The translations under genes were made by a program, and so were the position numbers. Source: Acanthaster planci (taxonomy: Eukaryota). Taken from it: a stretch of DNA of 62,000 nt. The notes under the pieces were generated by a model. The model ran no database searches and had not been told where the DNA came from. It was given only the letters and a program-made list of their open reading frames with translations. Positions 26,730 to 39,700 of the stretch are shown here, in pieces. The stretch lies in contig NW_019091404.1 in assembly GCF_001949145.1 (NCBI RefSeq), positions 1,488,001-1,550,000 on the forward strand, written 5' to 3'. Position 1 is the first letter of the stretch, and each line of letters begins with the position of its first letter.

Positions 26730-28551
26730 AATGTCTTTTCACCTTGCAGCCTGCCAAATTTGCCTTGAGAGTTTATTCAACGTGCCGCCAGTTTTGAACA
26801 GTGCGATGCTTTCAGTATCTGAGGTTAGAAAAGGTGAAAGATCCCACTCAGAGCTCAAATTGTGATGACCGAGTTGTACACTCCAGTCGCATTTTGGCTC
26901 TGCGTACTGAATTTATTTAATGGGTACCCTACTAGCAACCAAGCCAGGACACTTGCATGAATACGCGCCGGTCTGTGAGCATTTATGTTCAAAACCTACA
27001 CATCGTCATTTCTTGTCAAGATGTTGTCTGTGATGCAGCATACAAGTGCATGAGCATAAGGCCAAGAGTAAGAAAAGATTTGGGTATCACTTACATTTTT
27101 GTGACGTTTGGGTGACTTTTAAATCAAGGATGTAACTAATTAATATTTTAAATGTTAAAATCAGTCTTCTGTAAAAGGAGTCCATGATGGTTGTCTGAAT
27201 TACTGGACTGTACTTACTAATGTGAACCTACGATGTGCTGGGGACTGTTTCCTATAGGCATGTGTGTTATTGCCAGCCGCAGCCGTGTTATTTGGAGACA
27301 ACCTTGCTGTTTTGGTAGCTGGTTTACCAAAGACTGAACCAAACCGTAAGCGGAGTTCATGTCAGTGCCTCGTTCCTTGTTGCTGTGGTCAGTGGTGGTG
27401 GTCAAAGTTACGTCAGGGGCAAGCGTTATTTCAGCCTGCTGTACGTGCGGTTAAGTTACGACCACGCATGTGAGGCCGGAACAGTTTACAGCAATTTTAT
27501 TTGGCTTACTTTCAATTCTCTGACTTCCAAATTTGCATGTTTTTCTCCCTTGCCTGCTCACGGAATGTGTAAATTTTTTTTATATTGTATTTGGATCGTA
27601 CAGGTGATGTCTTGTCTTTTCCAGTACAGATGGATTCAAGCTGTGCATTGTATCCGCCTTGAGCAGAAGCACCCCCTCATCGGTTGAAAAGAGCCATGTT
27701 GGTCAGGAGTGTTCATTTTGTTGGCAGTGGCATGACCGTAACGTGAGCATTTCATAGTGGTTTGTGAGCCAGCCGAGTGCAGTTCCTACCAAAGGAGTCT
27801 GCGTTTGTTGGGAAAATTGCGCCCTCTCTTGGTTGTTTTGGGACTCATTGGATGTCTTGAATATCGGCCAGATCATACTCTGTGTAAATGCACGGTAAAT
27901 GTTTCCAATGAAATTCACTACAGCTGAAATGTGTTCAACTTGTGTGTCACTTTGCGTTGCAGCTATTTGTGAGGGATTGTTACAAAGTGGAGTAGACTGT
28001 ATTGACACTGCCTTGCAATGAAACGGTCGAGTTCGGGCGGACTGTTCTTGACATGGGTTTCTTGTTCCCGCACTCGAATGGTGGGAACATGACTCAAGAA
28101 CACTGTCCTCGGAACAGGATCACACACCACCTCCTCGTCAGGGTTTTACAGGAACACACGGAAAAACTCGTGAGATTTTGATTTTTGAACAGCTGCAAAC
28201 ATGGTAAAAAGTAGAGCGATGGCTTACAAAGCCAGAGAAAACAGGAAATTTTGCAAAAGTAACATTAATCATTTTCCATAACACAGAAATTAATATTCCT
28301 GCTTAATTAAACAGAAAAGAATTCAGCCCAGTTATTCAAAAACTCTCGAATCGCGTACATCGCCATGTTGCTTGTCATTAACTACCAGCGATAACCAGTT
28401 TTACGTGCCCGGCATTCGAGCGGCTGACCCAAGAAGAACAAATCGGTCTGTTCGTGAACATACGAGAACAAGCCACCCGAACTCAGTCAAGAGAAAATTC
28501 TTTGAATGTCGAAATGAGAATATCACCTGTTACAGAATGTAGCCTTTAAAT

Positions 28552-28743
28552 AGAGGCGTTTTGCATAGTGCACCACCAAGAGTTTCCAACAAGGTGGCCA
28601 ATCACAATGCGCTGTGTCGACCTTTTCCAAACGCGCTCTGCCGGGTGACACTTCCGGTCGTGTCAACCCATTCAAACATGCATTGCATATAGTGGCTGCC
28701 ATGTTGCAAACTCTTGAGGGCGCTCTATTGCATATCACGCAGT
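28552..28743. mobile_element. AT-flanked MITE, 192 bp
   Basis: Imperfect TIR of about 50 bp: agaggcgttttgcatagtgcaccaccaagagtttccaacaaggtggcca pairs with tggctgccatgttgcaaactcttgagggcgctctattgcatatcacgcagt. An AT dinucleotide lies on both flanks. Confidence 0.6.
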
Positions 28744-29619
28744 ATGTCATTTTCATATTTAATTTTTGTCCGCTGTAGGTGCAGTATGCCCTACTAGTAA
28801 GGACCGTTTATAAACTTGTACACAAATGTGGACAAATGTAAATGGACAAGGATAGCATGTATTGGAGCATATTAATAGTTGAAGCTCGAAGCATTCAACA
28901 TTTAGACCCCAGGTTTTTGTAAAGGTTGGTCTTTTTTGACAATGTGCAAATACACCTGTGTTTTTTTCTTCTTACTTTTTTCTGACTTTTTTGCTCAGAG
29001 TCAAACAGGTGAAGGAGAGTAAGTAAAAGATGTTTTGGTGGTGAAACAAGTGCCCAGTTGCTCTTTTATGCAGGGGTTTGGAAACTCTTTGTGTGGGCAT
29101 GAAGGGGCAATATATACCTTTATTCCTGTCAGTGTTAACAATTTTATTTTTGTTGCCAACTAAATATGGAAACATTTTGTAGATCTGTTATCAGAAGCCA
29201 GTATTTCAAATGTTTATTTTCCTGTGCATTTTAAAAGAGTTTTGTAAACATGCACAGACGACATAATTGCTGCCATTTTGTTTGAAAAATAGTTGTCTTG
29301 CCATAGGATTATCAAAGCTGTCGCTGTTGAGAGATGTTTAAAACCTTGGCTCTCCGGACAAAAGTTGTGAAGACTTCTTCTGAAAACCGTTTGAAATAAT
29401 TAAGGGCACAATTTTCCGAGTGAAGTGCAAAAATTTTCAGTACTCCGGAATGTGGAGTTATCTTGAAAATTTGTAATCAGACAGAGAAAATAACACCAAC
29501 ATGTAAAAAAAAAAAACCAAACAACACGTTTCAGCTTTTCAATTGCAACTTGCATGCAAAGAAGAGCATTTCTGGGAGTCCTTAATAATTACTCAGACAC
29601 GGCAGTGTTCCGGTTTGGG

Positions 29620-32600
29620 AAAAGTTTTATTAGTCAAACACATGACATGAGGGAACTAACAGAAAAACAAAAATTAGTATGGGTCAATACGTTTACATGA
29701 TATCAGAGGAATGCAACTTGTAAAAAAACTTAAATATATGTGTTAAAAACACGATGCCACTCAACAACTGTTTTTGGGCTTTGTGTTCCTGATTAAATGC
29801 ATTTTTTTTTCACTTTTGAAATTTTAAAATGATGGTTAATACATGTGTGAAATTCTTATATATTCTGGTCTTTTAATAATGTGATGGCGCATTATTTGGG
29901 TAGCTTTTGAAAGTGAATAACGAGACAAACATGTATTCAACTATTTAACATTCTTCACCCAGGTCATATGTTTGACTTTTTTTCCTCCATTTTTTCTGGG
30001 TGGCTGTGATTTAAAATAGTCTAAATTTCTCAAGCAAATGGATAAGAAAGGCTGGATTTTCATCATAATATTTTTCAGTTACAGTTGAAGCTCATTTCCA
30101 CCTTTGAGCGCTGGACTGATCGAAGGAGGAATTTTCTCCCAATCGAGCCATGAGCTGATTTGAATATGCAAAGAGGTCAAAGGTGGAAAGAGGGCTCCAG
30201 AGCTATCCAACACCAACCCTTGAATGCAAATCATAGAAGAATCGCTGGTGCAGGTTTAAAACAAAAGAAGTACATGTATTGGAGAGAATAAAAATTCTCC
30301 TAAAAATGAAGCGGGGAATGCAGATGAAAAGTAGTGTCAAAGATGAAGTTCCCAGATTGAAAAACTTACAGGCTACATTCTGGGTTTCTGCTTTGTACAA
30401 CAAGCAGCTGCTTTTCTGTCCAAATAATCAGTGTTACACTTCTGTTTAAATCTCCTAGATTTGCTGGATAACTTGTACAATTCGTGGCAGGCAAAAAGAT
30501 GGGTCGTAAATATTAAAAAATACACCATGACAAGATATCAATACTGATTAGAATGACTCCTTACGACAAATTTTACAACACACAAAGTCAATGCCACAAA
30601 AAAGCCATCTACAGAGAAGTCATGATGTGCAGTGATGAAAGTTTGTTTTCAGATTGAAAGCCAGTCTGGATGTTTGATAACAGCATTTAATAAACAGTTT
30701 TCAGTGTGATTTTTTTTAATATATGCTTTCAGCTTTCTCCCCAAGAAACTTTCAAACCTTCATACAAACTGAGAACGTGTTAAATCTATGAACTACAGAA
30801 GTCACTTTCTCAGAATGTTTGCCTGCATTCTACCACTGACGTGTGCCAGTCTGCTACAAGACTGGCTCCCAATCCTGATGCAGGCATCTGACTTTTTGCC
30901 ATAGCGATCAGTGCATCTACAGGAACGGTAACCTGAACACAGCTATGATACATCAATCCATATAGCACTGACATTGTACAAGTATTAGGAGGGTTCAAAT
31001 TATGTCCAGACGTTATTATGGCAAACCGAGTTATATATAAGCAGACAAAAATATATCCAGCAATTTAATTACATGGTACACTTTTCTCTAAAACATTCAG
31101 TGACTGTACAAGCAAGAGTTTATTTGGTATATCCTCCATTTCAAACTGTTGTAGTGTACTTCAAACATCGGTGTGATGTTGTGAAATAACCCCCTTCAAA
31201 TCTGAACTCAAAACAATAATTTGCAAGAGGAGCTGGTTTTTATGGCAGCGGTGAACACTTTGGCGACTGTCCACAAGAGCATTTTCATCTAGAAAACCAC
31301 AAATTTGTAATATGGATAGCTAGTTGTACTTACTTCTTTTATTGATACACCATCTACAGAAAATTTTACAATTTCAACAACACCGAATGATGTACGCTAT
31401 CGCCGTGTCGTCTAACTTCGTACAGGAACGTATTTCAAGAGAAAAAAAAAATATGCAAAGATTGCACAAGCTTTTTTGGTAACAGTAACCGGAAACAATA
31501 CCAAAGAACTACCGTAACAGTGCATGCAAAAACTTGACTCGACGGCTCAAAGGAGGTTACTGATGGAACGAAATTTTAAAAACCGTGCACATTAGCGAGG
31601 TCTCTGCTACTTGTACTCATAGAAAAGTCCTTATCATTTAAAGTGCAAATTCTGTTACATCTTGTCCAGTATATTGTTTGGGATGCTAAACGAATGGGGA
31701 TTACTGGTATGATTTTTATACAAATATACAGTGTAACCGATCAACACGTAAACGTTTATTAAAATATTTTAACAACACTGAAATCTTTCTGGTGATTCTT
31801 GCTTCCCCTTTTCTCAACCGCATGCACTACGTGACAGATTCACTGAAAATTCAACAGGTCACAAATTAATACGTCGTGAATATTTTACACAAAATCCCGG
31901 GCAAGTTACGGTGCTTCGCCTCCTTACGTACAAGCACTTGCCCTCGTAAAATGCAATGTGCACGCCTGTCACAGGTATGGAGTGCCGATGAGACAAAATG
32001 TCTAAAAGCTAAATATGGTGAAATATAAACGCTTTTAAATATGCTTTAACTGCCAATTGACATGTCTTCCACCCTCAATAATTAAAAGCTTCAAAACCAA
32101 CTACAAACGGAAAAACCATTTCAATAAAGAAGTACCATTTGTTGGGCGCGCTCAGCTCAAAGTGCTAGAACTTCTAGGTTTTGGTTCTCTCAACAAAGTT
32201 TTCATTCTACTGGAATTTCTTTACAAAGAAAGCAGCTACCCCATGAAGCAATACGCTCCAGACTTTGTCTCAGCATGGTCGTGACAAACTTAAATGTTAC
32301 GAACTGTTCAATTGCTTTGTGGGTTTCTCAGTATCTGGTTTCTTGTATTGCTGTCCGACGACGCTTTAATGCATCATTTCTCACACATCTGAAAGCACCA
32401 CTCATTTGAAAAAATTTATATGTAAAACTACCCGGAAAAAGTACAGCTTACAAGTTGAAAAATTTGAGACCTTCACATGGGACTCCGTTCACCAAATTAT
32501 GATCTCTTTTGTCAAGAAACAGTTCTATGACCTGAACAAAATGTCAGATTGGATGTTGTGCACTGAATTAAATGCAGACATTATGACATTTTGAAAGAAA

Positions 32601-33724
32601 AAATCTTGAAAGTGGTACCTTGCTGACAAGTCAATAAGGGCATGCGCGAAAGGCAGATTGACCTCATTTTTCTGGTAAAACTGGGCTTACAATGCCAAGA
32701 GTCAATGCTTTGATTAAAATTTGCTTCATAAAAAAACTGTTAAAAATGTTCAACACCGTGCAAAAATAAAACCATGAAAGAAAATAAATTACTCCAAATT
32801 AACACAGGACCAAAACAAAAATCACGAAAACTTAAAATGCAGTCAAAAGCATCATGAATACATCACAATTAGCACTTTTCTTTCGGATGTAGCCCCTTTT
32901 CTGGGAGCTCTTTAAATAAACTTAAAAAAGGACAGCACAGTAAGCACCCTGGTCAACTGAAGTAGTAAACTTTTTCTCCTGGAGCGACAATAAACAAATG
33001 CTTAGCAGAAATTTTATATGCTCAGCAGACAATAAATGGAGCACCAGCAAAGGGGGATCTCATTTCATTACAGTTGAGGGGTAAGTGATTCCAAGTCTAA
33101 TCTTATGTGGGTGCCGCACATAAGCAGGCAATTAAATGCCTAGCAAATCAGCTTGGTCCCCAGCAGCATGCATTGCATGCATTTTTGCCTGGTGCCCTGC
33201 TCCTGCTAAGCAAACCTTTTCTTGTGCTAAGTATATTAGTATCCTTAGCAGCTCCCTGAAAACGACCTCTGACCTGACCCCAACACTTGTGAGAATTCCA
33301 CTTATTATACACTCATTACATGTTTGCAAAGGTTTGACGGGAGAGGATGTTCGATGAACAGGTGGCGTAGTCCCTAACTTTATAAAAAAATTGTTTAAAA
33401 AATGACCAGACCCATGTGCAAATAAAGGTAATCACGGAATTCAATAAGAATTTATACACAATCCCTCTCTGCCCAACAAAGGCGAGACTGCCAACCAGAC
33501 TTGCTCAAACTTGCAGAAAGTTTTTTCCTTGATATTAATTTTTTTTTTAATTAAAAATGTACACTAGAATGTTGTATAATTTGAAATACGCTCAACAGAT
33601 GTGCTACCTGCTGAGTTTACCCGCTACAGTTACAATATTTGTGTCCAACAATCAAGCGAATTAAAGATGCATCAACGGATGCACCTTAGGTTTAAATGAT
33701 TTCCTGTTTTGTTTTTTGTTTGTT
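29620..33724 (-). other. Probable long 3' UTR of calsyntenin (up to about 4 kb)
   Basis: AT-rich non-coding sequence after the TAA. Minus-strand AATAAA occurs at 29631-29626, and more proximal copies also exist. The end is uncertain. Confidence 0.35.
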
Positions 33725-36700
33725 TTAGAACTTGAGCGTGGAATCGTCCCACTCTAGCTGGGTGCCTTTGATTTCGACGTCAATTTCTCCGCTGGCATCA
33801 TCTTCGTCATCGTCGTCGTCGTCTTCTTCGGAGCTGTCATCCAGGTCATCTTGGCAACTGTCGTCTTCGTCATCGCTGGAATCGCTGTCCACCCCCACGT
33901 GGGTCTCGGTTGGCTGTTGAGTAAAAAAATATAATTTTCCACATGTACTATTGCACATGAACTGCGTTGGGATTTTCTTGATTTTTGAAACGGACCACGG
34001 TGCTGATGACAAAGTGTGCTCCGTATGATGCTAACCGAACTATGGCTCCCACTGGCTCCATGGGAAAGTGCACATTACCAGAGTGATGTCATCAGCACAT
34101 AGGCCCACTGTGCCTTTTCAATCAAAAACCTTTAATCAAGTGTTATCAATGTGGCCTATCCTTAAACAATTCCCAATTCATAGATGTGTCAGTGTGCTTT
34201 TCATGAATGTTCAACAGAAAAACACGGCTCGTTGTTCTCCATAACAATCTAACCAGCAAACCACCAGACGAAGGCTTTCGTCGTGCATCATTTCACAGAT
34301 GTTTCCCATTTTGAAAGACTTGATTTATGATCTCCGCATGCTTGAGACTGACAGTATCTACCTATCAGCCTTGCACTCCCCACTGAACAACGCTATGCTT
34401 CACTGACCAACAATTTATGAGGTGGTTCTCTTCAATGTGTCATTACTTTTCCTTGTATGTATTTTTTTTGCATCAAGATGATTTCAAGTACATGTTATTT
34501 GTACGGCTGTATACAAAATAAGGCAACTAGGATAGAATGCTTATTCACAAGGGTTTTATTGCTTGCTGTAGAATTTGATCTGTTATCAATGAAAAGAGCC
34601 TAACTAAAGCCAGCCCTTCCATATTTCCCTTCTAATGCTGTTGTCTCCTTTTCAAAGGAGAACAAATCATCCTAGGAACATGGCAACGTATCATTCTTAG
34701 AATCACTTACATTTGCTGGAAGTGGCTAAACATCCAACAGTTCTGACAATCAGTTTCTCAGAATTTGATTACCATCTTAAGATCTGTTCCCAAGCTCGCA
34801 CACACACAATTTCTGTTGTTCTTTCCCTCAATTTAGATAGGGTTAACTGATACCAAATGATCCAATTTCACTTCCCTCTACCACAAGCACCCCATCAATG
34901 TTCTGTGCCTTACCCCTTCCATAGGGTTGACGGTGATGTTGAGGGCCGAGTCGTCCCAGTCAAAGTCTTGCTGGTCGTAGGTGCTGTCACGGTGGGCGGC
35001 GTAGATCCGGAACACGCCCAGCACGATCATGAAGACCAGAAACCCCACGCAGATGACAATCACGATAGTCATGGCTGTACCTGTGAACCCCACACAGGAA
35101 TAAAATTAGCAGATTTTTTCTAAAATAGTTGTTTTGACGATTTCACCTTTCATCCACACAACAATACTTTTGCCAGTACTGGGACAACTGTGGGAAGTAG
35201 CCCTATCTCCTGATGACGTACCACAGAGTTCATTACAGAACATAGCGAGATAGAACAGGGGTCAACAAACTTACATTTGATCACAACAAAGTGACGGGCA
35301 CAATCTAACCATCTTAAGTTGTGGGAGATAATTTAGAGAAAAATTTTAAATGATGCTTACAAAACAATCTGCCTTGTGGACACGGACGTGATGGTCCTCG
35401 TATGATTATGACAGCTGCGTATGGCGATATATGCACAGTGATCTCCATTCCCTCCCGCCTGACATGTCCGAGGTAAACACTGTGACATGTCATCGGGTAT
35501 GACAATGGCCTTTTTCAGAAACAAGTCAATTATTTTTTATGGCTGTGCCTTTGGTTTTTATGAGCTTTTGGATCGCAAACATCGTAACTCTGTAAACACT
35601 GTGACATGTCATCGGGTATGACTATGGCCTTTTTCAGAAACAAGTCAATTATTTTTTATGGCTGTGCCTGAGGTTTTTATGAGCTTTTGGATCGCAAACA
35701 TCGTAACTCTGTAATGAACTGTAAACTTGGTCGACTCTGAAGCTGAATACACACCTGACCTTCAGCAAGATAGTTAATGGCTGCCCTGGCGTCTGCATAT
35801 ACACGTAGCATCTATCTGAACACTGCTCACACATATAATGAACACGGTGAAAATTGCATGTACCGCTGATTCACATGTACCATGAATGTACACATTAGAC
35901 GCAAATGACAATCAAGGAAACAGTAATTTGTAGGTCGGAAGTTATTGCCCACAAGCAAAGTGTATTCCACACAAACCAACATACAGGTGGATGATATACC
36001 AGGTCAAGTTGAACGGAAAAATCCTGCTGCTTAGCACAAAATTTAACACCAGACACGATGCTTTCCATCAATCCCTGCACACAAAACGTAGCAAACTCGT
36101 TCCATCTGCTGCCCATCATTTGAAATTCACAGCATCGAGAACACGATATGCAAAGCATTCTTATAAAATCTCAAGATTTTGATGGAGTCACTTCTGAAAG
36201 GACTCTTCCAAGTTACCCTTCCTTCTGATACACTGTCTACAAAGTCATTGATATTCATTGAATCCAATACACAATACCCAAAGGCACTCCAACGACCCAA
36301 TAAGTACATGCTTTACATGTGAATGTGTGCACCTTGCATGACAAGCTTCCTGCAGTAGGCCTATTTATGTGTTCACTGAAATAAACACGTTACATGAGAG
36401 AATACAAGCCAGAAAATGGGTAATTTGAGACCAATATCCGAACTAAACAGTCTTACGTCTAAAAAATATGGAACTAGCATATTGTATGTCTTACCCATAA
36501 TAAGCTCAGTTTCTTAATTGCAGAGGACAAATTCTGAACTCATCTTTAGGAAATCTCACTGATGTCGATGTACGCAGGCACTAATCGTAATTAAAAACTC
36601 CCCGCAATACCTGCACTGCTTTCTAGAATGCTAAGAGATGAGAGTGGTACTAAGCCTCAACCTCTAATAATCTGTAATAAGACCATACATGATTGGCCAA

Positions 36701-39700
36701 CCATGACTGACAACTAAACCATCAGGGCCAATAACTACAGAGCTGCCTGTCTTTTAGCCAACCAATTGGCTCACTGCCACAGCCCTGACCTATGCAATTT
36801 GCATAAAGATTTCCACATGCAGTTGGTGCTACATGGCCAACTCTTATTTTACATTTAAAGGTGTAGTTGACGGCACTAATGGATGTTTATTCAAGCTAGC
36901 CTCTGGAAAGATTAAGGAATTAGTGTTGTCTGACTGAAGCTATTGAAATTGTCTGATCACAGAAATTAAACATTATCCCTGACTTCCACTGGCAGCATGT
37001 CTGCAACCCAGCTGCTATATCAACAATGACACAAAAGACCTGATAACAAAGAGATAAGATCTGGATGGTAGTTTGTTGGCCACTTATCTACTAGGGCACT
37101 TTCCTGGTCAGTGTAAACACTGTCCCCTTCACAGGTAGTTGGAAAGTACACAGCAAACTGGACATCAGGTGTGGGCTCTAAAGCACTTCATTACAGGAGA
37201 ATACTTGTACTGCTATTTATGGCAACAGTTTACAAAATTTTTCCAAAGAACTGAACAATCTCTCTTTTTTGCATTTTTTTAAACATTTATTCAAGATTTT
37301 ATAATCTAGGACAGCGTGTTCTGTAGCCGAGTCTTTTTATTGTTCCTGCTAATACTTTTTTTCTTAAATTTTAGCAACGGGACTAGACAAAGTGTCTCAC
37401 ACATAAACCCAAAGCGCAAATAGAGAATGCAATCTTGTTTATGATCAGGCCATGAAGAATGGACTCGAAATTGCCTTCATGAACCTATGCAGACTTAGGC
37501 AGACAGACCAGAGTAAGGCCTGTACACTTCTCCAAGGTGTTTTAAATTGCAGGGTTACAGAAAAAAAGGAGAAAAGAAAGTTTACTGAAGCCCTGAAGAC
37601 AACAGCTGAAGAGGGAATGAATTTATTGGAGTGGTGACCTGACCAAGGAAGGGGGTAGGGTGGAGAGAGGTGGGTGGGAGGGAGGTTCTATACTCATTGG
37701 ATGCGGTGCTCTGACGGGGGGGGGGACAGAGAGATTGGTGTGCTATGGAGTTCTGAACTCACTGGATGTGGTGATCTGACCAAGGGGGTAGGGCAGAGAG
37801 AGGTGTGGGATGGGGGGTTCTGAACTCACTGGATGCAGTGATCTGACCAAGGGGGTAGGTTAGAGAGAGGTATGGGATGGGGGGTTCTGAACTCACTGGA
37901 TGCGGTGATCTGACCCAGGGGGTAGCTTAGAGAGAGGTATGGGATGGGGGGTTCTGAACTCACTGGATGCGGTGATCTGACCCAGGGGGTAGGTTAGAGA
38001 GAGGTATGGGATGGGGGGTTCTGAACTCACTGGATGCAGTGATCTGACCCAGCTTGGTCAGCGGCATCTTCTCCTTCATCTCCTCCTCCAGGGTGTTCTT
38101 GCCCGGCTTGAAGAGGATGTTGGAGCGGGGAGCGGCCTTGTCGTGGTTGGGCCGGATGGCCTGCTTGATGGACTTGCGCAGGATGTTCACCTAATGGAGG
38201 GCACCAACAAAGCAAGTAGAGGGTGTGTTAAAACGACTCGCCTCGGACAAAGCAAGCACTTGGAACAAGGCAGTTTTTGGTACTGAAACAAATCTTACGA
38301 TTGCTGGCCGTTTTCCCCATAGGTGCACGGTGACAACTCAGTCAAATTTGTGTAAACATAGTAAATGAAGCACATTTTCAATCCTGAATTATTTTTACTG
38401 AACATATTCCTATCCTTTGTTTCAGTTGGCTGTGTTTGCAAGATTCAATTTGAGAATGGTTCCAACTCACCGTGATCTTGTATTCATTGCTCTGGAACCG
38501 TCCATTCAGTTCGGTGCATGTCACGGTCAAAACATGCGACAGCTGCTCAGTGTCGGAGGAAGAATATATGACCTGACGTAGGACCTCAACGTAATGCTCA
38601 ATAGTATCAACTCCTGAGAAATAGGGGGAAAAACAGAGACAAAGGTGTCAAAGTTTGACTGAATTTAACGAGTTTGTGAGCACATTTAATCACATCATTC
38701 CTTTTACAATTTATCAATCTTTAGACAATATGGATAACCTGACAATCAGTTTTCATGCCAAAGTTCTTTGATGTTTGAAGTGTTTTTTTTTTGTTCCTCA
38801 CCTTTGATTGATACCCCTTCTGACGAGTCAAACTTGATGAGGTTGTAGGAAGCTAGCAGCTCAGCAGCGATAGTGAACTGCTCACCACCTGTGAGGTAGG
38901 TCCCTGTGGTGATGTTGCAGGAGTCGAGGCGGTGAGAGACGGTCAGGGGGACATCTGGCTTCTGCCCGATCTCTGCATTTTTGGGGGGAGGGACAGGGAA
39001 GAGAATTTTTAAAGTCACCGTGACCTTTATCTTTGACTTTACCCCAAAAGAATTCTCAACCTTAGCCAAACTTTACGTACCCGTCCGATAGACAATGCCT
39101 ACTCAAATTCATGTCCAGAGAGAAATCCTTGATTATTGTCACGTTAATTTGTTGAAAATTGATCTTGACCAAAACACCGCCTCCCCTCACCTTCCAGAGC
39201 CGCCTCCTCTTCTTCCTCCTGCTCCTCCGACATGGTGCTGACAATGCTGATGGAGGCGAATGGACGGATCCCCGCCACCACCTCGTGGGTCTCCTGGGCC
39301 ATCTCACTGGGCCCCGAGATGGTAATGGTAGGCTCCGGCGGCTGGACCACCATCACATAGGCAGACACGTCAGTCATGGGCATGGGGATGCCGTTGCATC
39401 TGCAAAACCGGGGTGTGGGGGAAGAAATTGAGGGCAAGCTGATGATCTGTTCAATCGATTACAAATTTATATTTTTTGGCAGCAAGTTAAGAATACAGAG
39501 ACGGCAATGTTTCTCTACTCTCTGCAGAGATGCGACGCCAAAGTCTGAAATGGCTGAGAGTTCGGAACACATCAGCCCGAACTTACGTGGTAATGGTCTT
39601 GATGGTGAGGGCCCTCTGTCCCGGGGTGGGGAACTTGCGGGAGTTGAAGTAAGAGACACGGCGGAGGAGCTGCGAGGCATCATTGAGATCTCCCTTGAGG

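Noticed and set aside
32975..33270. Second copy of the Harbinger-like MITE in the calsyntenin 3' UTR
   Set aside because: Only a partial end (cttagcagctccctgaaa) resembles it, and the boundaries cannot be supported.
33991..34006. REST/RE1-like site (tcagcaccgtggtccg, minus strand) in the last calsyntenin intron
   Set aside because: The right half-site is mismatched. The motif is one arm of an inverted repeat (partner gtcatcagcac near 34088) and is better explained as a decayed MITE.
36758..36778. miR-34-like sequence on the minus strand (tggcagtgagccaattggttg); tempting because human MIR34A lies on 1p36 near SLC25A33
   Set aside because: It matches only about 17/22, has no convincing star arm, and sits next to a fragment resembling the Harbinger MITE end.
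37617..38052. CRISPR array interpretation of the regular repeats
   Set aside because: The context is eukaryotic, there are no unique spacers or cas genes, and the units are plain tandem copies.
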